From positions 14,324,001 to 14,388,000 of the forward strand of contig NW_024704743.1 in NCBI RefSeq assembly GCF_018977255.1: a DNA stretch of 64,000 nucleotides, read 5' to 3'. A model generated the notes under the pieces. The model saw only the letters and a list, made by a program, of their open reading frames with translations. It was not told the DNA's origin and made no database searches. Origin of the DNA: Callorhinchus milii. Lineage: Eukaryota. Of the stretch, positions 1 through 13,245 are shown piece by piece. The position numbers and the translations under genes were made by a program. Every line of letters starts with the position of its first letter. The first letter of the stretch is position 1.

Positions 1-589
1 CACTCCACTTTACAGTTTATACTTTGTGACATCCCCCTGACGTGAAAGGTGCTATATCGTAATTAAGAAATATTTTAACTATTATTATTATTTTGTCAAA
101 GATTCTTCAATTCCTTGTCTTCAGAATAAAAACCTTCTGTTTTAACACACAACCCAAAACAAAGTTTCGAAGATGGAATTAGATTAGAAAACAATGCTGT
201 CATAAAGTGTGATTAATATCTTCAGATCTATTACTTTGATATTACCATTCCACAGCTCAACTACCCTTCTGAAGTTTTAGAGAATTGCCACTACAAAATG
301 ACCCCATGTACATTTATTAACAGAAACGTTCAGGAGCTAAAAGTATATTTATTTTAAAATGGTGAATCGCAAAATGATCCAGTGACTTAAATTGACTGAG
401 CAAATAACTACAAGTTTGTATACCAATGAAGATCTATTTCCAGCTGCGACAACTTTTTAATTAACAGAAATAAATATCAAATGTAAGAGCGGCATGCTGA
501 TCTGACTCTTTCTAGCCTAAACAAAACATGAAATAGGGAATTTGTTGGTTGGGTTCAAGAAGAGATTTGCAGACAAAAGCATTATTTAC

Positions 590-705
590 AGAGTTATGCT
601 GAGGTGACTCAGATCCACTGCCTGAACCAGACTTCTTGGTTCGTTGAGCCAGGGATGTCCCAAACCGGAGTGCTTCATACACTGGGTCAACTTTACTTCG
701 GCAAG
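590..705 (-). CDS. STAC: STAC coding exon 5 (ACRSKVDPVYEALRFGTSLAQRTKKSGSGSGSESPQHNS); gene continues beyond the left edge
   Basis: ttcctaag|CT acceptor and TCT|GTAAAT donor, 116 nt, KVDPVYExLRFGTSLA motif. A 102-nt intron separates it from exon 4. Confidence 0.93.
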
Positions 706-807
706 CTTAGGAAATAAACAGAAAGAGATACATGAGCTGCGGGAGCTGGCAGCAAATGAGACACAACACTCATTTGGGCTGGAAGCAAGAAACAAATCAA
801 TACTTAC

Positions 808-889
808 CAATAGGCATGACTTCCTTGATGCACCCATACTGTTCATGTATTAAAAGCGGAGAGCTGTAGTAGCGTCGAAATCCCTTCGG
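808..889 (-). CDS. STAC: STAC coding exon 4 (PKGFRRYYSSPLLIHEQYGCIKEVMPI)
   Basis: cttaatag|CCG acceptor and G|GTAAGT donor, 82 nt, conserved STAC-family motif FRRYYSSPLL. Confidence 0.96.
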
Positions 890-3800
890 CTATTAAGAGG
901 GAAAAATACGTCAAACTGTTGATCAATACAACTGGACACTGACAACTGAGAATTGACTAGGAATATGTTCCAGTCCTTTAGTCATGCATTTGTTCTTTTA
1001 GGAAAAGCTAAGGAAGCGAGCAGCTTTTTGAAACTTCAGTCCTACTGCTTTTCTCCGTTTACTTCCAATGATAAGTACGAATAAATCCATAATTTAAAAA
1101 ATGAAATCCTCTGGAGAGTGAGGTAAATTCCCAAGAATAAACTGGAGTTGCAAAGTCATGCTTGTCTGAAACCAGGCAGGTACGGAGTACCCAAGGCTTT
1201 GTTGATAATTGACCAGCTTCTCTACCTTAATAATGAGTTTTAGAGATAAGACAAAGCCCTAATGAAGAGCAGGACAAGTACTATAGATCAGCAACTAATA
1301 ATTGTCAGTGGTATCTCAGGAAGACTCACTTACCAGTGATTTGTACTGGTAAACCCTGAAGTAAGCATCATTATTTGTACAAAATTGCAGTGCATTCATT
1401 TTTAGGAACAATAATCGAATAGCAGTGCTAAGAATTCACCATAATCCTGGAGATAAAGCTAACAGCCTAATCTGCAGTGTGTAAACTTGTGCATTACTTT
1501 GTTGCATAGAAATAAAGTGCTTGGTGTTTATTCAATGATCCAGTATTTTTCTTCTGTTTTTTAAGTAAAATACAACTGTTCCGTGCGATTTCAAGAACCT
1601 ATCTGCCAAGGTTTGTGAGTTTCAATAACATGAAACTCATGACTGAACCAGAATTGAGGGTAACATTTAATAAATACCACAGCATTAAAGCAAATATTTG
1701 TCAGTTTTCCAAAACTGTTGAAATTTAGTGTGGTTTGAATGACTTTCCAGTGGGAGGCTCATTGTGATGGTGAAGTAGATTTTGATACTCACTGAAAAAT
1801 AAAATAATTCTCAAAACTATACATTTGTTAAGTGGACCAGAAAATCCACCTCACTTCACTCAAAATACTTCCGTTTTGAAATTTAGGCTTAGTATGGCAT
1901 TAAACTTTCTGCTCACACACTTTGCCTCAATGTCCCGTGAGTGTGGATTTTTCTGAGTTGTCCAGGATTGGGTGCTGAGAGCATCGTAGAGCAATGGGAC
2001 ATCAGCGGCTCACTAACCAATAAAGGGAGAGGCTACAACAGTATCAGGCCAAAGGTAAGTAGCTATTGTTAAATCAATAATACTATCTATAATAGACTAA
2101 AATAATGATATTTATAGAATTTCAAAATTAATAATAATAAAAAGAATAAAGCTGAATGACAGGAGTTTGTAATGCTAATTTAAAGGGGACATATAGCCCA
2201 ATACTGTTCCTGACGTTCCTAAATGGTATAAAGGAAGACATCTATATTATCTATGTTGCTCTTTTATTGCCCTTCATTTTATACTGTTGAGTGAAAGCAT
2301 TTTGGAAGCAGAGTTTTTTGTGTAGCACTTCTCCTGCTGTATCATCATGAACTCCATCTCAGTGACTCGACGAATGACGAGTACCACAATCACTGTCCTC
2401 TTCATGTCATCGGAGAACAGCATCACGGTGGCGAGTTCTCCACTTACTTTTAGTGGCTGGTCAAGTAATGTGTGGTTTACGCCTTGTCATCACTATGCAG
2501 CTGCTTTCCAAAGAGCTTGACTGAGTGCAGCCCAGGGTACAGTGATTAGAACAGACTTTAACCTTTGCAGAGGTTTTCTTACCGGCGAGATGGTGACGAT
2601 GTAAAATGCATTCTATTGACTTATCTAATTGCATATTGTTTAGTCATCATTCTCCTTAATTCCTGGTGTGTAGGCAAATTTGGGGAAGACTTCCTAAAAA
2701 AGCTAAAATGTATTCAGTATAACAGACTAGTGACCTCTTAGCATGAATACAATAGTTTTGTCTTTTGAGCTCTGACTGATGGAGCAGAACAAATCAGAAT
2801 GCTCACATTAAGCTGCATGAATGTATTTCATTTTACAATCCTCATAACACTAGTATTTAATGAATGAAACCTTACCAATTTACAAAATTTAAATTTCAAA
2901 GCAGCCAGAATAGATGAAAGTATTTATAACTAAGTACGTTCATAACAAGCGTTGACATGCTTACTCCCAGTAGTATATAGTTGAAATACGCTAAGTTGAA
3001 ATAACAAGGAAATCATTTTCTAAAGCATAACTAAAAATTGGCTTAAAAACTGTAAAGCCCAACATGATGATTAATGGAAAATGCTCTGTTTGAGGAGAAT
3101 ACTGTAACTAACAGAGCTCCATAGATGTCAGTTGTCAGTCCCCTGTTGTTCACATTAGTCATAATGTCTTGGAGCAGAATCCTTCCTTAAATATTATGGC
3201 ATTTTCTAATGACAGCAAGCTGCCAAGTGAATGGTAATGGGAAGGATAAGTAGAAATCAAGAAGAACTGGACCAGTTAAGCAGATTGGCCAAAAAGTGTT
3301 TGAGTGATTTTAATGTAACTAAATGCAAAGTGATGTGGATTAGAATGAGAAATGGTAAATGTACATACAAATAAGTAGTGTCCCCTTGCAGCAGCGAAGA
3401 AGGAAAAGGATGACAATAACATTGTCAATCAATGTTTTTTTTGACGGTAAGGTGCTCAATTCTTTTTGGTTAGCCTGGGTGTCTGACACATGCAGAAACC
3501 AATCATTTCATTACAGAAAGCTCAACAATATTCCTTTGGCATCCCTTGTAGTGTCCCTTTGATGAACACATTGCTGTTAAGCAATAGAATTTCACTGTGG
3601 TGTTGTTGATCTAAAGAATCTTGCTTGGAACAGCTCTACTGTAATATATCTGTAGCACATATATAGTTGAGACTACTCTATTCTTTTAAAAGTTACTTAA
3701 GCAAGTTTGTCAGAGAATGACAAAGTGGAGTAATTTTTGTGTAGTGCCATAGTAGAAATATTTATACCTATTAAAATATATTTAATCTTTAGATCAAAAA

Positions 3801-4188
3801 ATGGTCTCTTGAGTCTGAGATTCAAAAATCCCTGGACCCAATTGCTAGGTCACTTAAGTGACAACGTTAACGGGAGGGAGCTGTGAGTATTCTGTGGTAG
3901 ATTCATTAGCTGACTGGAGATTGTGCATTTGGGAGCGGATCGAGAATATCTTGTATATATTCAGAAAATTTGGCAATTTAAGAATTAATCATATTGCCAT
4001 ACAATATTTAGCTTTACTTTAGAATTTTTACCACTCAGAATTTCCAGGAACTATTTCTGTAGATTATTCATGAAGGAAATTCAATGCAGATTTTAGAAGA
4101 AGCAAAGTACCTTCAGTCATCAACAGATTAGTTGTGAGTCGTACTGTGTGGAGCTTTGGTACCTGTACTAAACAAATTGGTTGCTTAC

Positions 4189-4289
4189 CAGTTTGCCCAC
4201 GCATCTCTGCTGCTCAATACTGCCAATGCATTTGTGATGGATGCTCATCTTGCAGGCCTTGCAACGCAGCCCATGTTTGGCATTGGTGC
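4189..4289 (-). CDS. STAC: STAC coding exon 3 (GTNAKHGLRCKACKMSIHHKCIGSIEQQRCVGKL), rest of C1 domain
   Basis: tttgacag|GC acceptor and CTG|GTAAGC donor, 101 nt, phase compatible with exons 2 and 4. All C1 Cys/His ligands are present. Translated by hand; not in the ORF track. Confidence 0.96.
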
Positions 4290-5659
4290 CTGTCAAATGC
4301 ATATGCATCACTGATCACATCAATATTTTCCATATATTTAGTTAGCAATTAAATAATCTGAAAGAACAGCGATAGAGTTTAATATTAACCCTAAACGTGG
4401 CCAAGTCAGGCCCATGGATATTAATAACAGTGGAAACTTATTAAGAGAAAATCAGATTTGCTACAGGGAAAGTACTTTTGTTAGTAATCGGTTTATTTTT
4501 ATTTATTAGTGTGTACCCCGCTGTTGCCTGAGGGTAACCTTCACATTTCTGTTGATATTGCTCTTTGACGCGACTGCTGCTTGGCACTTCAGGATGATGA
4601 CATGGCTAAGAACAGTATTTCCTCAATATGGAAGTGGTAACTATGAACCCATTGCTTACCACTCCATCCGTACAGCTTATATGTATGCTGCACTGCTCTA
4701 AGAGGGCAAAAAACGTAACCCAGTTTTTCTGTTATTCTGCCCGTGGGAACTTATTATTTTGTAAATATCCTGCTAATCAAACTGTGTTCCATTACTCAGC
4801 AGTACACGATTTATTGTAGTATTGTAGGGACACTGCTGTGCGCAGTTGGCTGCTGCGTTTTAGGCCCACAAAATACACAATTCACTTTACAAAATATTCT
4901 GTGAAGCTCCTTGTGACGCATCAACGATGTGATAAGGCGCTATAACAAATGCAAATGCAAAGGTTACCGCAAATAATAATGTTGAATTCTGCCACTAAAG
5001 GTCCCCATCAATACACATCATCATTGCTTCACACAAGCATATTCTTAAAACATATCTTATAATATCTTTTATAAACAGAATCTTGATGTATAATGTAAAT
5101 CACATACTTTTACCCAATCAAATCTTTTGAGATCAATTGTCCACTCTTCCTTCTTTGCTCACTATTTCTATGTAAATTTTGACACCACTTCTTAAACTTC
5201 CAAGCAGATGCCAATGGCTGACATTACTCAAGCCATGAATTTTAATGACCGTACTGAAATTCATGAACAGGGGCAGAATGCCAAGTGAACTGTACTAAGT
5301 TAGCTGCCTGAAGACTTGGATGTAACAGCTTTGGCCAACACTTGTAAATCAGAAAATTACAGAAAACTGTTTTACTTTTATATGATGGACCAGAATCAGA
5401 TCTACATGAATTTAAATTTCCCAAATTACATCAAGACTGCTTCTCATCACCTGTTAAGCCTTCCATTCAGGTAGTCCTCTTCCTTTCCTGTGAGTTAATT
5501 CATTTTAGTCTATTGCACGTTTTGGTTCAAATCAATGTTGAATAGAATGTTGAAGAATGCTAAGAATAAGTGAAGAATGATTCAATTACTTTGGAATTAA
5601 TCTTCTGTTTTTATCTTTGAATCCTATCTATTATCAGTCTGGCTCAGCCTGACACAGGT

Positions 5660-6080
5660 GTATCAGCCTGGCTCAGGTGGTAGCACTCTTGCCTCTGATT
5701 TAGAAATTGTGGATTTAGCTCCATGATGGGACCTGAGCTCACAACATCTAAGCTGTCACTCCAATGCAGTGCTGGGGATGTGTTCTATTGTATTGTTGGT
5801 GACGTCGTTCTTCAGATGAGACATTAAACAAGGTCCCATCTACTCAGGTGGACGTTAAAGATCCCAGGCACTATTCAAAGGGAGTTTCTCCTGGTGTCCT
5901 GACCAACAATTCCCCAAATAAAATTGGTCATTCACCTCTATTTGTGGGACATTGCTATGTGCAATTGGCCTGCCACAATTGCTTTACTTCTCAGTAAAAT
6001 ATAAGCCATCCAGTGCTTTGAGGCAAACACTGGACCTAAAATGCACTAAACCAAATGCTAGGATTATTATATTATTATTA
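5660..6080 (+). mobile_element. Older tRNA-derived Deu-domain SINE (family B)
   Basis: Head ggctcag..ggtagcactcttgcctctga, body cttcagatgagacattaaac..aggtcc..gttaaagatccc, Deu-like core, (ATT)n tail. Confidence 0.8.
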
Positions 6081-7619
6081 TGTTGATGTATTTCCGCTTG
6101 CAATTACAGCAAAACACCATTTTTATTATATTTTCTGATGCTGCACGTTCTTGAAAGACACATATTAATGCAACTTCCCTTCATTTTCAGCATTATAAAG
6201 TGATCAGAAATGAATAATTGAATGAATAACAATCCTATTCACCAGGATGGATATTACTTTTAAAATGGTAACATTAATATTCAGATAATCTGAACACAGT
6301 AATTATAGAGGAAATCAGAAAGCACAGTGCTAGAGAGATTATACAAGTATTTGGTCCTATAACTAAATTCACTTATTTCATTATTCACCTATCTGCAAAC
6401 TGATTATTCACTTATTGTAAAACCTGTAACTATCCAGATGAATCATGCATAATTAGGTCACTATAACCAATAACATAGCATTTATGTAACCCTAAGAATT
6501 GAATGTAGTACCTGTTGTGATTCTAAGCGGAACAGACAATCTGAAATAAACCTTTCCTCAACTGAGTTTCGCCCACAAAATATAGTCAAACCACGTTACA
6601 GTATATCCTGTAAAGTGCTTTCAGATGCCTCAAAAATGTGATAAGGTGCTAAATCAAATGCAAATATTATTTTTATTATTATTATGAAGTCTGTGTGAAA
6701 TATGGTCTTATACTGTTAGGCAGAATATATCCTCCCATTACTTAGAGAAGTGCTGCATCTTGGCTTTCCAGAACATATTTTTGTGCCGTTGGCACCTAGG
6801 TTTAAGGTTGAGATAAAGTATGTCCAAAAACACGTTACTCTATCCCAGAGCATGCAGGAATTATGAATGGGTTCTGCCCATTAGGGTGTTATGCCGTTTT
6901 TCCGAAAAAGTCAAGCCTTTTGGCACATTCCCACTGTAAACAAAGTAGTGTGCTTATGGACTGTTTACACTGCTTGCTTGATTCATGATTCTCACTAGCA
7001 AGAGCTCACATGGGAGTAGAAATTCTGGTTTGGATGCATAAATAGAGATAGAGTTTTATTTTGCTTTTAACATAGCGTGTTGTATGGTGGGAAATTACAG
7101 GATTATTGTATAATAACATTAAGAGGGTGAGAAACATTGTAGCCTCAAGAGCTAATGAGAACGCAACTCTCTCAAGCCACTTCAATTACCTATTGAGGCC
7201 TAGCAACCGACACGAGGAAATGACCTCCCAAACAACCTTGCTGCCAGAACCATTGAACATAGCCATTTTAGGATGTCATGTCCATGCTCAGTTGTAAATG
7301 AAGCAAGCACTGGTCAGTTTGTCCTTTACTCTGCGTCATTCTGTATGCAATGACATGCACATATTGAAGAACCTCACAATAAAGTCAGTAAAATGTATAA
7401 AACGTTTATTGGATGATTGCACTTCAATTTAAAACTTAGCAGGTTGACTTTTCTGCAATGCCTTCCACTTACATGGAACCGGCTTCTTCTAATCATTAAA
7501 CTTTCACTTAGCCCATTATGACAAGACAATTTTTAAGACTAAAAAGGCAATAAACTCCTGTTTCATTAAAAGATTGAAACTGTTTCATGACTTTCAAAGC
7601 GACAAACATGGCCTAATTA

Positions 7620-8990
7620 GGTAAATTATCAGGTCTTAAAATTGATAAATCTCCTGGACCTGATTGCCTACATCCTAGGGTTTTAAAAGAGGTGGCTACT
7701 GAGATAGTGGATGGCTTGTCTTTGATCTTCCAAAATTCTCTGGATTCTGGAACGGTTCCCATTGATTGGAAGATTGCAAACGTGACACCACTATTTAAGA
7801 AGGGTGGGAGAGAAAAGATGGGGAACTATAGATCAGTTAGTCTGACATCAGTGGTAGGGAAAATTCTTGAGTTCTTAATTAAAGATGTTGTTATGCGATT
7901 CCTGGAAGACCATAACAAGATTAGGCAGAGACAACATGGCTTTACAAAAGGGAAGTCATGCTTAACTATATTTTAGAGTTTTTTGAAGATGTATCTGCAG
8001 GTTAGATAGGGGGGAACCAGTAGATGTAGTATATTTAGATTTTAAAAAGGCATTTGACAAAGTGCCACACAAAAGGCTATTGCACAAGGTTAACGCCCAT
8101 GGGATTAATGGGAACATATTAGCATGGATTGAAGAGTAGCTAACGGGTAGAAAACAGGGAGTAGGGATTTTAATGTGGGGAAGTGTGAAGTTATTCACCT
8201 TGGTAGAAAAAATAGAAAACCAGATTATTTTCTAGAGGGGGAGAGATTAGATAGTGTTAGTGTGCAGAGGGATTTGGGTGTCCTTGTACACCAGTTTCAA
8301 AAAGTTAGTTTGCAGGTGCAGCAAGCAACTAAGAAGGCGAACGGCATGTTAGCATTCATTGCAAAAGGTTTAGAGTACAAGAGTAGGGAAGTCTTGGTGC
8401 AACTGTATAGGGCCTTGGTGAGACCGCACCTAGAGTATTGTGTGCAGTTTTGGTCTCCTTATTTAAAAAAGGACATACTTGCCCTAGAGGGGGTGCAGCG
8501 TAGATTCACTAGGTTAGTTCCTGGGATGAGGGGACTGACCTATGAGGATAGGCTGAATAAACTAGGGCTATATTCTCTAGAGTACATAAGAATTAGGGGA
8601 GATCTTATTGAAACATACAAGATTCTTAAAGGGCTGGATAAAGTAGCTACTGAGGGTCTGTTTCTCCTGGTAGGAGAATCTATAACCAGGGGTCACAGTC
8701 TTAAAATTAAGGGTCAGCCTTTTAGAACAGAGTTGAGGAAACATTTCTTCACTCAGAGGGTAGTGAATTTATGGAATTCACTACCCCAGAAGGCTGTAGA
8801 TGCTCAGTCCTTGAACATCTTCAAGGCTGAGACTGATAGATTTTTAAAAAACAGAGGGATTAGGGGATATGGGGATAGGGCGGGTAATTAGAGATAGGTC
8901 TGAAGATCAGCCATGATCTTATCGAATGGCGGGACAGCCTCGAGGGGCCGAATGGCCTACTCCTGCTCCTAATTCTTATGTTCTTATGTA
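7620..8990 (+). mobile_element. CR1-clade LINE, 5'-truncated, internally deleted ORF2 plus 3' UTR
   Basis: KSPGPD..HP, WKIANVTPLFKKG, QHGFTKGKSCLT, RPHLEYCVQFWSP and FFTQRVVNLWNSLP motifs; stops and frameshifts; tail ttcttatgttcttatg. Confidence 0.95.
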
Positions 8991-9661
8991 ATTCTTTGGA
9001 CTATTCTTTACTGCTGGAAAGTATCACATAAAGAATTTATATGAGAAGAATTTTCAGCGAACCAAAGTGTGATAGTCAATCTGCGTTTCTTCTTGTGTCC
9101 ATATGGATACTATTCATGCCCATCTTTCAATATCAAGTGATGGAATTTAGGTGGAAGGCTTGAAGGAACAAGCCCAAATTGCAGTGGTTAATACAATGTC
9201 CAAGTTCTGTCTCCATTTGTAATAATGCTCAAGAGTATAGACCCAACTTAAAAAGCCACGTAACAACTGAAGAATACTGAGGAATTGGTTTGTGGAGGAG
9301 TTGGACAGCAATGGATGGCACCGCGTGGTATAGAAACTATTAACTCTGAGGCAAACAAAACTCAGTTGTTGCAAGGACACTGGTAAAAAGCTCAAAATGC
9401 TTGTAAACTCACATATCATCATAAAGAGAAATCATGTGTTTTATTCAATTAAGCCAAAATCTTACCAAGTAAGATTTTACAAAAATCGACACACTCCAAA
9501 AGTGATCAACATGTGACAAAGGGCAAAGATAGGATAGGATATATATATTAGGATATATTATTATTATATTATTATATATATTATATATATGGTAGATTAA
9601 ATACATGGACTTCAAAACCTCTTCTGTATGTAAAAGTTTTAAAGGGGGATGGGGAAAGGAA

Positions 9662-10485
9662 CAATAACAACAACAAAATTACATTTGTAAAGCGCCTTTC
9701 ACGTCGGGAAAACGTCCCAAGGCGCCAGACAGTCAGTGATTCGGATCCGAGCTAGGGGTCGGGATTGGGGAGGATGGCGGGCAGGTGGGGAAGCAGGATG
9801 ATGGAAAGCACGGTCGAAGGAGGGTACTGAGATGGGTCTTGAAGGAGGCAAGGGAAGGGGCGAGTGGAGGGACTGTGGGATGGAGTTCCAGAGGGTGTGG
9901 GCAGAGTGGCAGAAGGCCCGCCCGCCAATGGTGGGGCAGAAGGCCTGCCAATGGTGGGGCGGGTGAGGTGGGGGACGTGAAGCAGGCCAGAGCCTGCTAG
10001 CTGAGGGAGCGAACAGGGTGGTAGGGGGTTAGGAGGTCGGAGAGATAGGGGGGAGCAAGACCATGGAGGGCTTTGAAGGTGAGAAACAAGATCTTGAATT
10101 GTATTCTCTGTGTGATGGGAAGCCAGTGGAGTCGGGCGAGGATGGGGATGATAGGGTCATGGAGCCTGGTGCGGGAGAGGACACGGGCTGCAGAGTTGTG
10201 GATGATCTGCAGCCTATGGAGGGAGGAGTTGGGGAGGCAGACAAGCAAGGAATTTGCATAGTCAAGCCTGGATGTTATGAGAGAGTGTTTGAGGGTTTTG
10301 GTGGCCTGCGGTGTGAGACATTGGTGGAGCCGGGCGATGTTGTAGAGGTGGGGAAGGCAGAGCAGGTCATGGCACAGATGTGGGATAGAAAAGATAGTTG
10401 AGGGTCAAACAAGATGCCAAGGTTCCGAACTGTCTTAGTAAGGTGGAGTGTGCAACCATGGATGGTGATGCTGTCAGTGCCTCAG
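9662..10485 (-). mobile_element. L2-clade LINE 3' fragment
   Basis: LQIIHNSAARVLSRT, ILARLHWLPITQRIQFKIL; (TTG)n tail. Confidence 0.93.
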
Positions 10486-10763
10486 GAAGGGGAAATGGGA
10501 CTGTAAGAGGCTGTTTTTTAAAGAGGACACAATGGGCTGAATGGCCTTCTGTGTTGTAAATTTCTATGGTTTAAGAATCACATACAGAAGAGGTTTTGAA
10601 GTCCAGGTATTGTGTCTGATTGTTCAACATATGAAGAAAAGATACAGGACCAGCTTAGGTTATAACTGTCATGAAGAAGTGTTTATTTTGTTTTCTACTA
10701 AACTGAGTGACGTGCAGTCATCAGTGACTTGACTTCTAAAGGACCATTATTCACGGAGTCATT

Positions 10764-11084
10764 TAATAATAATAATAATAATCCTTGCATTTGATATAGC
10801 GCTTTTCACGTTGGGAGGACGTCCCAAAGCGCTTCACAGAACACACTGTAAAGTGAATTGACTGTATATTTGTGGGCGAACGCGGCAGCCAATTGCGCAC
10901 AGCAATGTCCCACAAACAGTCGTAGATTGAAAATGACCAATTTGTTATTGTTTTGGGTTTTTTGGAGGGATTATTATTAGGTGTGTGGAGTAAGGAAACT
11001 TGCCCAAGTTTCGCCCTGCCTGGATTTGAACTCAGGTCTCTCACTTGCAAAGCGAGTGCTCTAACCACTGAGCTACAGGACTCC
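10764..11084 (-). mobile_element. SINE family A, full length
   Basis: Close reverse complement of 42151-42459. Confidence 0.93.
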
Positions 11085-11851
11085 ACAATTGGCACTGATT
11101 TCCTACATGTTAGTATTTTCCTGCACATTTAAGTTGATATTAACATCTTCATATATGTTAAAAAAAATTCCGATTTAAAAAAAATAAAATTCAAAATATA
11201 TTTTTTTATAAAATATCCCTTTTAATATGTCCACTTTCTTCTACCTTCCTCTGATTGAGCTCAACGAGTGAGGCAATAATATGAATATTTTTCTACATCA
11301 GAGAAAGGACCCTCACTGTGGAGGTAGATTTTCTTCCATCTATGAGGCTGAGGAATTGAACACTGCAAGTTGCTCATTCAGTCATTTGGCTTCATACAAA
11401 CATAGTTCCCTAGAGTTCAAATGTGAATCAAGGTTATTAATTCGAGGTCTTGGCTGTGAATACTGCTGTAGCTGAGAGAATTGAATTGGATTAACCTGAT
11501 CTTTAACTTGAACACGACCCACAAGTGAAGCTTTCATACAGCAAAGTCGTGGATGAAACATTGCAAGGTACAAACCTATTATATTTAAGGGCTTCTCTCT
11601 GATTCAGCGCGGAGTTCCTTGGCAATTCTTGTTGTTAACTGCTTTGGTTTCTTTTATGTTCTTCCAAAAATATTGCTATGCAATCCATTCTTCCCACAGT
11701 GGAAGATGAAGACAGAGCAGACACCTGCTGCTCCCCAAACGTGGTCCAAATTATGCCTACTTTGAATGGCTCCATTGAAGGAGGTTACCTGCCCATGTTG
11801 GTTTTCATAAGTTTAGGTGTTTGCTCCAGTAGCGGATGATATTGGCATGTG

Positions 11852-12228
11852 ATAATAATAATAATAATAATACTTGCACTTGATATAGTGCCTTATCATG
11901 TTAGTGAGACATCTCAAAGTGCTTCACAGAATATACTGTAAAGTAAATTGACTGTGTATTTTGTGGGGGAAACATGGCAGCCGATTATGCACAACACTGT
12001 CCCTCAAACAGTCGTGGATTGAGTGACCAAATTATTATTTTTTTTGAAGGGATTACTACGCCCGGAAATTGATCCACCAATCAAATAACAAACGGGTTCC
12101 CACTTACTGCTAGATAAAGAGCCGTGGGCAGAAAGGAGATTTGCCATAGTTTCGGCCCTGCCTGGGAATCAAACCCGGGTCATCCTGCTTGCGAACCGAG
12201 TGCTCTAACCAATACTCTACAGGACTCC
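11852..12228 (-). mobile_element. SINE family A long variant (extra ~70-bp internal module)
   Basis: Same head and tail plus the extra segment ..gggttcccacttactgctagataaagag.. shared with the copies at 17433 and 41350. Confidence 0.85.
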
Positions 12229-12544
12229 TACATCAGAGGGGAAGGGAGCTGTTCCAAAAACTTTGTGAAGGCTTCCCGGGGGAAAAAGCGGATATCTGTA
12301 GATGTAGGATCATGATCAGCCACAGATGTTATATATATTCAGGAAGACTCCACAAGCCCAGCACATCACGGACTAAGGATTACAGTACAATGATTATCCA
12401 CATAAATGATTCCATACGTGAAGCCTGAAGTGTCTCTTCTAAACCTAACATTGTTTGGAATGCATCAAGCTTATCCTTTCATTTGATACAGCACCTTATC
12501 AAAAGTCCCAAAGAACTTTGCAGGATTTTACTGTAAATACAATA

Positions 12545-13245
12545 AATACAAAATTATTGTAAAGCGGCTTTCATATCGGGAGGACATCCTAAGGCACTGA
12601 ACAGTCAGGGTAAGAGGGTGGCCAAAGACACGGTCAAAGAGGAGGGTCTTGAGGCATGCCTTGAAGGAGGCAAGGGAGGGAGTAAGGGAGAAAGGACAGT
12701 TGAGGGTCGAACAAGATGCCTGGGTTCCTAACTGGCTTGGTGAGGTGAAGCATGCATTCGTGGATGCTGATGCTGCCAGTGCCTGAGGTGCAGACGCGCT
12801 GGCGTGAGCTAATCAGGAGAGCTTCAGTGTTGCCTATGTTCAACTGTAGAAAGTTGGCTCTCATCAAGACTTGATGTTTGACAGACATTCTGTCAGGACA
12901 TCAGTTGTCCTGGAGTTGAGGGTGGAGACAGAGAGATAGCGTTGGGTGTCATCTGCGTACATGTGGAAGTTGATCCATTTCTGCGGATGATGTTCACCAT
13001 GAGGGAGCATGTACAGGTTGAAGAGGAGAGGACCGAGGACAGGGCCCGAGGAACACTGCACAAGACAGTGCGCGGGCTGGAAGAGAAGCCATTTGTGGAC
13101 ACAAATTGTAGCCAGTGTAAGAGATAGAACCTGAACCATTCAAGGACAGAACCTTGAAGATCAAGGTGAGAGGAGAGGTGGTGGAGGAGGATAGAGTAGT
13201 CCACTGTGCAAAGACAGCAGAGAGTTCGAGGAGGATGACAAAGTG
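12545..13245 (-). mobile_element. L2 LINE fragment (RT core joined to the 3' end, internal deletion)
   Basis: GPVLGPLLFNLYM, FHMYADDTQ, NFLQLN motifs. Confidence 0.88.

Noticed and set aside
8175..8891. 238-aa ORF as a host gene or active RT
   Set aside because: It is the C-terminal part of CR1 ORF2; the upstream part has stops and the catalytic core is deleted.
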